DNA of 64,000 bases from NCBI GenBank assembly GCA_964016885.1, contig OZ024741.1, positions 32,798,001 to 32,862,000 on the forward strand, in the 5' to 3' direction. This document shows positions 47,401 to 62,400 of the stretch, piece after piece. The position numbers and the translations under genes are program-made. Each line of letters begins with the position of its first letter. The first letter of the stretch is position 1. The notes beneath the pieces were generated by a model, which worked only from the letters and a program-made list of their open reading frames with translations, was not told where the DNA came from and ran no database searches. Source of the stretch: Eledone cirrhosa. Lineage: Eukaryota.

Positions 47401-50400
47401 TTACAGTATATATGTGTCTTACAGTATATATGTGTCTTACAGTATATATGTGTCTTACAGTATATATATGTGTCTTACAGTATAGATGTGTCTTACAGTA
47501 TCTATGTGTCTTACAGTATATATGTGTCTTACAGTATATATATGTGTCTTACAGTATATACGTGTCTTACAGTATATATGTGTCTTACAGTATATATGTG
47601 TCTTACAGTATATATGTGCCTTACAGTATATATATGTGTCTTACAGTATATATGTGTCTTACAGTATATATATGTGTCTTACAGTATATATGTGTCTTAC
47701 AGTATATATGTGTCTTACAGTATATTTATGTGTCTTACAGTATATATGTGTCTTACAGTATATATCTGTCTTACAGTATCTATGTGTCTTACAGTATATA
47801 TGTGTCTTACAGTATATATATGTCTTACAGTATATATGTGTCTTACAGTATATACGTGTATTACAGTATATATGTGTCTTACAGTATATATATGTGTCTT
47901 ACAGTATATATGTGTCTTATAGTATATATGTGTCTTACAGTATATATTTGTCTTACAGTATATATGTCTCTTACAGTATATATGTGTCTTACAGTATATA
48001 TCTGTCTTACAGTATATATGTGTCTTACAGTATATATGTGTCTTACAGTATATATGTGTCTTACAATATATATGTGTCTTACAGTATATATGTGTCTTAC
48101 AGTATATATGTGTCTTACAGTATATATGTGTCTTACAGTATATATGTGTCTTACAGTATATATGTGTCTTACAGTATATATATGTGTCTTACAGTATCTA
48201 TGTGTCTTACAGTATCTATGTGTCTTACAGTATATATATGTGTCTTACAGTATCTATGTGTCTTACAGTATATATGTGTCTTACAGTATATATGTGTCTT
48301 ACAGTATATATATGTGTCTTACAGTATATATGTGTCTTACAGTATATATATGTGTCTTACAGTATAGATGTGTCTTACAGTATATATGTGTCTTACAGTA
48401 TATATATGTGTCTTACAGTATCTATGTGTCTTACAGTATATATGTGTCTTACAGTATATATATGTGTCTTACAGTATATATGTGTCTTACAGTATATATG
48501 TGTCTTACAGTATATATATGTGTCTTACAGTATCTATGTGTCTTACAGTATGTATGTGTCTTACAGTATATATGTGTCTTACAGTATATATGTGTCTGAC
48601 GGTATATATGTGTCTTACAGTATATCTATGTGTCTTACAGTATATATGTGTCTTACAGTATATATGTGTCTTACAGTATATATATGTGTCTTACAGTATA
48701 TATGTGTCTTACAGTATATATGTCTTACAGTATCTATGTGTCTTACAGTATATATGTGTCTTACAGTATATTTGTGTCTTACAGTATATATATGTGTCTT
48801 ACAGTATATATGTGTCTTACAGTATATATATGTGTCTTACAGTATATATGTGTCTTACAGTATATATGTGTCTTACAATATATATGTGTCTTACAGTATA
48901 TATGTGTCTTACAGTATATATGTGTCTTACAGTATATATATATGTGTCTTACAGTATATATGTGTCTTACAGTATATATATGTGTCTTACAGTATATATG
49001 TGTCTTACAGTATATATGTGTCTTACAATATATATGTGTCTTACAGTATATATGTGTCTTACAGTATATATGTGTCTTACAATATATATGTGTCTTACAG
49101 TATATATGTGTCTTACAGTATATATGTGTCTTACAGTATATATGTGTCTTACAATATATATGTTTCTTACAGTATATATGTGTCTTACAGTATATATGTG
49201 TCTTACAGTATATATGTGTCTTACAGTATATATGTGTCTTACAGTATATATATGTGTCTTACAGTATATATGTGTCTTACAGTATATATGTGTGTCTTAC
49301 AGTATATATGTGTCTTACAGTATATATATGTGTCTTACAGTATATATGTGTCTTACAGTATATATGTGTCTTACAGTATATATGTGTCTTACAGTATATA
49401 TGTGTCTTACAGTATATATATGTGTCTTACAGTATATATGTGTCTTACAGTATATATATGTGTCTTACAGTATATATGTGTCTTACAGTATATATGTGTC
49501 TTACAATATATATGTGTCTTACAGTATATATGTGTCTAACAGTATATATGTGTCTTACAGTATATATGTGTCTTACAGTATATATGTGTCTTGCAGTATC
49601 TATGTGTCTTACAGTATATATGTGTCTTACAGTATATATATGTGTCTTACAGTATATATGTGTCTTACAGTATATATGTGTCTTACAGTATATATGTGTC
49701 TTACAGTATATATATGTCTTACAGTATATATATGTCTTACAGTATATATGTGTCTTACAGTATATATATGTCTTACAGTATATATGTGTCTTACAGTATA
49801 TATGTGTCTTCCAGTATATATATGTCTTACAGTATATATGTGTCTTACAGTATATATGTGTCTTACAGTATATATGTGTCTTACAGTATCTATGTGTCTT
49901 ACAGTATATATGTGTCTTCCAGTATATATATGTCTTACAGTATATATGTGTCTTACAGTATATATGTGTCTTCCAGTATATATATGTCTTACAGTATATA
50001 TGTGTCTTAGAGTATATATGTGTCTTACAGTATATATATGTCTTACAGTATATATGTGTCTTACAGTATATATATATGTGTCTTACAGTATATATGTGTC
50101 TTACAGTATATATGTATCTTACAGTATATATGTGTCTTACAGTATATATGTGTCTTACAGTATATATGTGTCTTACAGTATATACGTGTCTTACAGTATA
50201 TATATGTCTTACAGTATATATGTGTCTTACAGTATATACGTGTCTTACAGTATATATGTGTGTTACAGTATATATATGTGTCTTACAGTATATATGTGTC
50301 TTACAGTATATATATGTGTCTTACAGTATATATGTGTCTTACAGTATATATCTGTCTTACAGTATCTATGTGTCTTACAGTATATATGTGTCTTACAGTA

Positions 50401-53400
50401 TATATATGTCTTACAGTATATATGTGTCTTACAGTATGTACGTGTCTTACAGTATATATGTGTCTTACAGTATATATATGTGTCTTACAGTATATATGTG
50501 TCTTATAGTATATATGTGTCTTACAGTATATATCTGTCTTACAGTATATATGTGTCTTACAGTATATATGTGTCTTACAGTATATATGTGTCTTACAGTA
50601 TATATGTGTCTTACAGTATATATATGTCTTACAGTATATATATGTCTTACAGTATATATGTGTCTTACAGTATATATATGTCTTACAGTATATATGTGTC
50701 TTACAGTATATATGTGTCTTCCAGTATATATATGTCTTACAGTATATATGTGTCTTACAGTATATATGTGTCTTACAGTATATATGTGTCTTACAGTATC
50801 TATGTGTCTTACAGTATATATGTGTCTTCCAGTATATATATGTCTTACAGTATATATGTGTCTTACAGTATATATGTGTCTTCCAGTATATATATGTCTT
50901 ACAGTATATATGTGTCTTAGAGTATATATGTGTCTTACAGTATATATATGTCTTACAGTATATATGTGTCTTACAGTATATATATATGTGTCTTACAGTA
51001 TATATGTGTCTTACAGTATATATGTGTCTTACAGTATATATGTGTCTTACAGTATATATGTGTCTTACAGTATATATGTGTCTTACAGTATATACGTGTC
51101 TTACAGTATATATATGTCTTACAGTATATATGTGTCTTACAGTATATACGTGTCTTACAGTATATATGTGTGTTACAGTATATATATGTGTCTTACAGTA
51201 TATATGTGTCTTACAGTATATATATGTGTCTTACAGTATATATGTGTCTTACAGTATATATGTGTCTTACAGTATATATATGTGTCTTACAGTATATATG
51301 TGTCTTACAGTATATATCTGTCTTACAGTATCTATGTGTCTTACAGTATATATGTGTCTTACAGTATATATATGTCTTACAGTATATATGTGTCTTACAG
51401 TATATACGTGTCTTACAGTATATATGTGTCTTACAGTATATATATGTGTCTTACAGTATATATGTGTCTTATAGTATATATGTGTCTTACAGTATATATC
51501 TGTCTTACAGTATATATGTGTCTTACAGTATATATGTGTCTTACAATATATATGTGTCTTACAGTATATATGTGTCTTACAGTATATATGTGTCTTACAG
51601 TATATATGTGTCTTACAGTATATATGTGTCTTACAGTATATATGTGTCTTACAGTATATATGTGTCTTACAATATATATGTGTCTTACAGTATATATGTG
51701 TCTTACAGTATATATGTGTCTTACAGTATATATGTGTCTTACAGTATATATGTGTCTTACAGTATATATGTGTCTTACAGTATCTATGTGTCTTACAGTA
51801 TCTATGTGTCTTACAGTATATATATGTGTTTACAGTATCTATGTGTCTTACAGTATATATGTGTCTTACAGTATATATGTGTCTTACAGTATATATATGT
51901 GTCTTACAGTATATATGTGTCTTACAGTATATATATGTGTCTTACAGTATAGATGTGTCTTACAGTATATATGTGTCTTACAGTATATATATGTGTCTTA
52001 CAGTATCTATGTGTCTTACAGTATATATGTGTCTTACAGTATATATATGTGTCTTACAGTATATATGTGTCTTACAGTATATATGTGTCTTACAGTATAT
52101 ATATGTGTCTTACAGTATCTATGTGTCTTACAGTATGTATGTGTCTTACAGTATATATGTGTCTTACAGTATATATGTGTCTTACGGTATATATGTGTCT
52201 TACAGTATATCTATGTGTCTTACACTATATATGTGTCTTACAGTATATATATGTGTCTTACAATATATATGTGTCTTACAGTATATATGTGTCTTACAGT
52301 ATATATATGTGTCTTACAGTATATATGTGTCTTACAGTATATATGTGTCTTAGAGTATATCTATGTGTCTTACAGTATATATGTGTCTTACAGTATATAT
52401 ATGTGTCTTACAATATATATGTGTCTTACAGTATATATGTGTCTTACAGTATATCTATGTGTCTTACAGTATATATGTGTCTTACAGTATATATATGTGT
52501 CTTACAGTATATATGTGTCTTACAGTATATATGTGTCTTACAGTATATATGTGTCTTACAGTATATATGTGTCTTACAGTATATATCTGTCTTACAGTAT
52601 ATATGTGTCTTACAGTATATATGTGTCTTACAGTATATATGTGTCTTACAATATATATGTGTCTTACAGTATATATGTGTCTTACAGTATATATGTGTCT
52701 TACAGTATATATGTGTCTTACAGTATATATGTGTCTTACAGTATATATATGTGTCTTACAGTATCTATGTGTCTTACAGTATCTACGTGTCTTACAGTAT
52801 ATATATGTGTCTTACAGTATCTATGTGTCTTACAGTATATATGTGTCTTACCGTATATATGTGTCTTACAGTATATATATGTGTCTTACAGTATATATGT
52901 GTCTTACAGTATATATATGTGTCTTACAGTATAGATGTGCCTTACAGTATATATGTGTCTTACAGTATATATATGTGTCTTACAGTATCTATGTGTCTTA
53001 CAGTATATATGTGTCTTACAGTATATATATGTGTCTTACAGTATATATGTGTCTTACAGTATATATGTGTCTTACAGTATATATATGTGTCTTACAGTAT
53101 CTATGTGTCTTACAGTATGTATGTGTCTTACAGTATATATGTGTCTTGCAGTATATATGTGTCTTACGGTATATATGTGTCTTACAGTATATCTATGTGT
53201 CTTACAGTATATATGTGTCTTACAGTATATATGTGTCTTACAGTATATATATGTGTCTTACAGTATATATGTGTCTTACAGTATATATGTCTTACAGTAT
53301 CTATGTGTCTTACAGTATATATGTGTCTTACAGTATATATATATGTGTCTTACAGTATATATGTGTCTTACAGTATATATATGTGTCTTACAGTATATAT

Positions 53401-56400
53401 GTGTCTTACAGTATATATGTGTCTTACAATATATATGTGTCTTACAGTATATATGTGTCTTACAGTATATATGTGTCTTACAATATATATGTGTCTTACA
53501 GTATATATGTGTCTTACAGTATATATGTGTCTTACAGTATATATGTGTCTTACAATATATATGTTTCTTACAGTATATATGTGTCTTACAGTATATATGT
53601 GTCTTACAGTATATATGTGTCTTACAGTATATATGTGTCTTACAGTATATATATGTGTCTTACAGTATATATGTGTCTTACAGTATATATGTGTGTCTTA
53701 CAGTATATATGTTTCTTACAGTATATATATATGTGTCTTACAGTATCTATGTGTCTTACAGTATCTATGTGTCTTACAGTATATATATGTGTCTTACAGT
53801 ATCTATGTGTCTTACAGTATCTATGTGTCTTACAGTATATATGTGTCTTACAGTATATATGTGTCTTACAGTATATATGTGTCTTACAGTATATATATGT
53901 GTCTTACAGTATATATGTGTCTTACAGTATATATATGTGTCTTACAGTATAGATGTGTCTTACAGTATATATGTGTCTTACAATATATATATGTGTCTTA
54001 CAGTATCTATGTGTCTTACAGTATATATGTGTCTTACAGTATATATATGTGTCTTACAGTATATATGTGTCTTACAGTATATATGTGTCTTACAGTATAT
54101 ATATGTCTCTTACAGTATCTATGTGTCTTACAGTATGTATGTGTCTTACAGTATATATGTGTCTTACAGTATATATGTGTCTTACGGTATATATGTGTCT
54201 TACAGTATATCTATGTGTCTTACAGTATATATGTATCTTACAGTATATATATGTGTCTTACAGTATATATGTGTCTTACAGTATATATGTGTGTTACAGT
54301 ATATATATGTGTCTTACAGTATATATGTGTCTTACAGTATATCTATGTGTCTTACAGTATATATGTGTCTTACAGTATATATATGTGTCTTACAGTATAT
54401 ATGTGTCTTACAGTATATATATGTGTCTTACAGTATATATGTGTCTTACAGTATATATGTGTCTTACAGTATATATGTGTCTTACAGTATACATGTGTCT
54501 TACAGTATATATCTGTCTTACAGTATATATGTGTCTTACAGTATATATGTGTCTTACAGTATATATGTGTCTTACAATATATATGTGTCTTACAGTATAT
54601 ATGTGTCTTACAGTATATATGTGTCTTACAGTATATATGTGTCTTACAGTATATATGTGTCTTACAGTATATATGTGTCTTACAGTATATATATGTGTCT
54701 TACAGTATCTATGTGTCTTACAGTATCTATGTGTCTTACAGTATATATATGTGTCTTACAGTATCTATGTGTCTTACAGTATATATGTGTCTTACAGTAT
54801 ATATGTGTCTTACAGTATATATATGTGTCTTACAGTATATATGTGTCTTACAGTATATATATATGTGTCTTACAGTATAGATGTGTCTTACAGTATATAT
54901 GTGTCTTATAGTATATATATGTGTCTTACAGTATCTATGTGTCTTACAGTATATATGTGTCTTACAGTATATATATGTGTCTTACAGTATATATGTGTCT
55001 TACAGTATATATGTGTCTTACAGTATATATATGTGTCTTACAGTATATATGTGTCTTACAGTATATATGTGTCTTACAGTATCTATGTGTCTTACAGTAT
55101 CTATGTGTCTTACAGTATATATATGTGTTTACAGTATCTATGTGTCTTACAGTATATATGTGTCTTACAGTATATATGTGTCTTACAGTATATATATGTG
55201 TCTTACAGTATATATGTGTCTTACAGTATATATATGTGTCTTACAGTATAGATGTGTCTTACAGTATATATGTGTCTTACAGTATATATATGTGTCTTAC
55301 AGTATCTATGTGTCTTACAGTATATATGTGTCTTACAGTATATATATGTGTCTTACAGTATATATGTGTCTTACAGTATATATGTGTCTTACAGTATATA
55401 TATGTGTCTTACAGTATCTATGTGTCTTACAGTATGTATGTGTCTTACAGTATATATGTGTCTTACAGTATATATGTGTCTTACGGTATATATGTGTCTT
55501 ACAGTATATCTATGTGTCTTACACTATATATGTGTCTTACAGTATATATATGTGTCTTACAGTATATATGTGTCTTACAGTATATATGTGTCTTACAGTA
55601 TATATATGTGTCTTACAGTATATATGTGTGTCTTACAGTATATATGTGTCTTACAGTATATCTATGTGTCTTACAGTATATATGTGTCTTACAGTATATA
55701 TATGTGTCTTACAATATATATGTGTCTTACAGTATATATGTGTCTTACAGTATATCTATGTGTCTTACAGTATATATGTGTCTTACAGTATATATATGTG
55801 TCTTACAGTATATATGTGTCTTACAGTATATATGTGTCTTACAGTATATATGTGTCTTACAGTATATATGTGTCTTACAGTATATATCTGTCTTACAGTA
55901 TATATGTGTCTTACAGTATATATGTGTCTTACAGTATATATGTGTCTTACAATATATATGTGTCTTACAGTATATATGTGTCTTACAGTATATATGTGTC
56001 TTACAGTATATATGTGTCTTACAGTATATATGTGTCTTACAGTATATATATGTGTCTTACAGTATCTATGTGTCTTACAGTATCTACGTGTCTTACAGTA
56101 TGTATATGTGTCTTACAGTATCTATGTGTCTTACAGTATATATGTGTCTTACCGTATATATGTGTCTTACACTATATATATGTGTCTTACAGTATATATG
56201 TGTCTTACAGTATATATATGTGTCTTACAGTATAGATGTGCCTTACAGTATATATGTGTCTTACAGTATATATATGTGTCTTACAGTATCTATGTGTCTT
56301 ACAGTATATATGTGTCTTACAGTATATATATGTGTCTTACAGTATATATATGTCTTACAGTATATATGTGTCTTACAGTATATATATGTGTCTTACAGTA

Positions 56401-59400
56401 TCTATGTGTCTTACAGTATGTATGTGTCTTACAGTATATATGTGTCTTGCAGTATATATGTGTCTTACGGTATATATGTGTCTTACAGTATATCTATGTG
56501 TCTTACAGTATATATGTGTCTTACAGTATATATGTGTCTTACAGTATATATATGTGTCTTACAGTATATATGTGTCTTACAGTATATATGTCTTACAGTA
56601 TCTATGTGTCTTACAGTATATATGTGTCTTACAGTATATATGTGTCTTACAGTATATATATGTGTCTTACAGTATATATGTGTCTTACAGTATATATATG
56701 TGTCTTACAGTATATATGTGTCTTACAGTATATATGTGTCTTACAATATATATGTGTCTTACAGTATATATGTGTCTTACAGTATATATGTGTCTTACAG
56801 TATATATATATGTGTCTTACAGTATATATGTGTCTTACAGTATATATATGTGTCTTACAGTATATATGTGTCTTACAGTATATATGTGTCTTACAATATA
56901 TATGTGTCTTACAGTATATATGTGTCTTACAGTATATATGTGTCTTACAATATATATGTGTCTTACAGTATATATGTGTCTTACAGTATATATGTGTCTT
57001 ACAGTATATATGTGTCTTACAATATATATGTTTCTTACAGTATATATGTGTCTTACAGTATATATGTGTCTTACAGTATATATGTGTCTTACAGTATATA
57101 TGTGTCTTACAGTATATATATGTGTCTTACAGTATATATGTGTCTTACAGTATATATGTGTGTCTTACAGTATATATGTTTCTTACAGTATATATATGTG
57201 TCTTACAGTATCTATGTGTCTTACAGTATCTATGTGTCTTACAGTATATATATGTGTCTTACAGTATCTATGTGTCTTACAGTATATATGTGTCTTACAG
57301 TATATATGTGTCTTACAGTATATATGTGTCTTACAGTATATATGTGTCTTACAGTATATATATGTGTCTTACAGTATATATGTGTCATACAGTATATATA
57401 TGTGTCTTACAGTATAGATGTGTCTTACAGTATATATGTGTCTTACAATATATATATGTGTCTTACAGTATCTATGTGTCTTACAGTATATATGTGTCTT
57501 ACAGTATATATATGTGTCTTACAGTATATATGTGTCTTACAGTATATATGTGTCTTACAGTATATATATGTCTCTTACAGTATCTATGTGTCTTACAGTA
57601 TGTATGTGTCTTACAGTATATATGTGTCTTACAGTATATATGTGTCTTACGGTATATATGTGTCTTACAGTATATCTATGTGTCTTACAGTATATATGTG
57701 TCTTACAGTATATATATGTGTCTTACAGTATATATGTGTCTTACAGTATATATGTGTGTTACAGTATATATATGTGTCTTACAGTATATATGTGTCTTAC
57801 AGTATATCTATGTGTCTTACAGTATATATGTGTCTTACAGTATATATATGTGTCTTACAGTATATATGTGTCTTACAGTATATATATGTGTCTTACAGTA
57901 TATATGTGTCTTACAGTATATATGTGTCTTACAGTATATATGTGTCTTACAGTATACATGTGTCTTACAGTATATATCTGTCTTACAGTATATATGTGTC
58001 TTACAGTATATATGTGTCTTACAGTATATATGTGTCTTACAATATATATGTGTCTTACAGTATATATGTGTCTTACAGTATATATGTGTCTTACAGTATA
58101 TATGTGTCTTACAGTATATATGTGTCTTACAGTATATATGTGTCTTACAGTATATATATGTGTCTTACAGTATCTATGTGTCTTACAGTATCTATGTGTC
58201 TTACAGTATATATATGTGTCTTACAGTATCTATGTGTCTTACAGTATATATGTGTCTTACAGTATATATGTGTCTTACAGTATATATATGTGTCTTACAG
58301 TATATATGTGTCTTACAGTATATATATGTGTCTTACAGTATAGATGTGTCTTACAGTATATATGTGTCTTATAGTATATATATGTGTCTTACAGTATCTA
58401 TGTGTCTTACAGTATATATGTGTCTTACAGTATATATATGTGTCTTACAGTATATATGTGTCTTACAGTATATATGTGTCTTACAGTATATATATGTGTC
58501 TTACAGTATATATGTGTCTTACAGTATATATGTGTCTTACAGTATCTATGTGTCTTACAGTATCTATGTGTCTTACAGTATATATATGTGTTTACAGTAT
58601 CTATGTGTCTTACAGTATATATGTGTCTTACAGTATATATGTGTCTTACAGTATATATATGTGTCTTACAGTATATATGTGTCTTACAGTATATATATGT
58701 GTCTTACAGTATAGATGTGTCTTACAGTATATATGTGTCTTACAGTATATATATGTGTCTTACAGTATCTATGTGTCTTACAGTATATATGTGTCTTACA
58801 GTATATATATGTGTCTTACAGTATATATGTGTCTTACAGTATATATGTGTCTTACAGTATATATATGTGTCTTACAGTATCTATGTGTCTTACAGTATGT
58901 ATGTGTCTTACAGTATATATGTGTCTTACAGTATATATGTGTCTTACGGTATATATGTGTCTTACAGTATATCTATGTGTCTTACACTATATATGTGTCT
59001 TACAGTATATATATGTGTCTTACAGTATATATGTGTCTTACAGTATATATGTGTCTTTCAGTATATATATGTGTCTTACAGTATATATGTGTGTCTTACA
59101 GTATATATGTGTCTTACAGTATATCTATGTGTCTTACAGTATATATGTGTCTTACAGTATATATATGTGTCTTACAATATATATGTGTCTTACAGTATAT
59201 ATGTGTCTTACAGTATATCTATGTGTCTTACAGTATATATGTGTCTTACAGTATATATATGTGTCTTACAGTATATATGTGTCTTACAGTATATATGTGT
59301 CTTACAGTATATATGTGTCTTACAGTATATATATGTGTCTTACAGTATCTATGTGTCTTACAGTATGTATGTGTCTTACAGTATATATGTGTCTTGCAGT

Positions 59401-62400
59401 ATATATGTGTCTTACGGTATATATGTGTCTTACAGTATATCTATGTGTCTTACAGTATATATGTGTCTTACAGTATATATGTGTCTTACAGTATATATAT
59501 GTGTCTTACAGTATATATGTGTCTTACAGTATATATGTCTTACAGTATCTATGTGTCTTACAGTATATATGTGTCTTACAGTATATATGTGTCTTACAGT
59601 ATATATATGTGTCTTACAGTATATATGTGTCTTACAGTATATATATGTGTCTTACAGTATATATGTGTCTTACAGTATATATGTGTCTTACAATATATAT
59701 GTGTCTTACAGTATATATGTGTCTTACAGTATATATGTGTCTTACAGTATATATATATGTGTCTTACAGTATATATGTGTCTTACAGTATATATATGTGT
59801 CTTACAGTATATATGTGTCTTACAGTATATATGTGTCTTACAATATATATGTGTCTTACAGTATATATGTGTCTTACAGTATATATGTGTCTTACAATAT
59901 ATATGTGTCTTACAGTATATATGTGTCTTACAGTATATATGTGTCTTACAGTATATATGTGTCTTACAATATATATGTTTCTTACAGTATATATGTGTCT
60001 TACAGTATATATGTGTCTTACAGTATATATGTGTCTTACAGTATATATGTGTCTTACAGTATATATATGTGTCTTACAGTATATATGTGTCTTACAGTAT
60101 ATATGTGTGTCTTACAGTATATATGTTTCTTACAGTATATATATGTGTCTTACAGTATCTATGTGTCTTACAGTATCTATGTGTCTTACAGTATATATAT
60201 GTGTCTTACAGTATCTATGTGTCTTACAGTATATATGTGTCTTACAGTATATATGTGTCTTACAGTATATATGTGTCTTACAGTATATATGTGTCTTACA
60301 GTATATATATGTGTCTTACAGTATAGATGTGTCATACAGTATATATATGTGTCTTACAGTATAGATGTGTCTTACAGTATATATGTGTCTTACAATATAT
60401 ATATGTGTCTTACAGTATCTATGTGTCTTACAGTATATATGTGTCTTACAGTATATATATGTGTCTTACAGTATATATGTGTCTTACAGTATATATGTGT
60501 CTTACAGTATATATATGTCTCTTACAGTATCTATGTGTCTTACAGTATGTATGTGTCTTACAGTATATATGTGTCTTACAGTATATATGTGTCTTACGGT
60601 ATATATGTGTCTTACAGTATATCTATGTGTCTTACAGTATATATGTGTCTTACAGTATATATATGTGTCTTACAGTATATATGTGTCTTACAGTATATAT
60701 GTGTGTTACAGTATATATATGTGTCTTACAGTATATATGTGTCTTACAGTATATCTATGTGTCTTACAGTATATATGTGTCTTACAGTATATATATGTGT
60801 CTTACAGTATATATGTGTCTTACAGTATATATATGTGTCTTACAGTATATATGTGTCTTACAGTATATATGTGTCTTACAGTATATATGTGTCTTACAGT
60901 ATACATGTGTCTTACAGTATATATCTGTCTTACAGTATATATGTGTCTTACAGTATATATGTGTCTTACAGTATATATGTGTCTTACAATATATATGTGT
61001 CTTACAGTATATATGTGTCTTACAGTATATATGTGTCTTACAGTATATATGTGTCTTACAGTATATATGTGTCTTACAGTATATATGTGTCTTACAGTAT
61101 ATATATGTGTCTTACAGTATCTATGTGTCTTACAGTATCTATGTGTCTTACAGTATATATATGTGTCTTACAGTATCTATGTGTCTTACAGTATATATGT
61201 GTCTTACAGTATATATGTGTCTTACAGTATATATATGTGTCTTACAGTATATATGTGTCTTACAGTATATATATGTGTCTTACAGTATAGATGTGTCTTA
61301 CAGTATATATGTGTCTTATAGTATATATATGTGTCTTACAGTATATATCTGTCTTACAGTATATATGTGTCTTACAGTATATATGTGTCTTACAGTATAT
61401 ATGTGTCTTACAATATATATGTGTCTTACAGTATATATGTGTCTTACAGTATATATGTGTCTTACAGTATATATGTGTCTTACAGTATATATGTGTCTTA
61501 CAGTATATATATGTGTCTTACAGTATCTATGTGTCTTACAGTATCTACGTGTCTTACAGTATATATATGTGTCTTACAGTATCTATGTGTCTTACAGTAT
61601 ATATGTGTCTTACCGTATATATGTGTCTTACAGTATATATATGTGTCTTACAGTATATATGTGTCTTACAGTATATATATGTGTCTTACAGTATATATGT
61701 GTCTTACAGTATATATATGTGTCTTACAGTATCTATGTGTCTTACAGTATATATGTGTCTTACAGTATATATATGTGTCTTACAGTATATATGTGTCTTA
61801 CAGTATATATGTGTCTTACAGTATATATATGTGTCTTACAGTATCTATGTGTCTTACAGTATGTATGTGTCTTACAGTATATATGTGTCTTGCAGTATAT
61901 ATGTGTCTTACGGTATATATGTGTCTTACAGTATATCTATGTGTCTTACAGTATATATGTGTCTTACAGTATATATGTGTCTTACAGTATATATATGTGT
62001 CTTACAGTATATATGTGTCTTACAGTATATATGTCTTACAGTATCTATGTGTCTTACAGTATATATGTGTCTTACAGTATATATATATGTGTCTTACAGT
62101 ATATATGTGTCTTACAGTATATATATGTGTCTTACAGTATATATGTGTCTTACAGTATATATGTGTCTTACAATATATATGTGTCTTACAGTATATATGT
62201 GTCTTACAGTATATATGTGTCTTACAATATATATGTGTCTTACAGTATATATGTGTCTTACAGTATATATGTGTCTTACAGTATATATGTGTCTTACAAT
62301 ATATATGTTTCTTACAGTATATATGTGTCTTACAGTATATATGTGTCTTACAGTATATATGTGTCTTACAGTATATATGTGTCTTACAGTATATATATGT

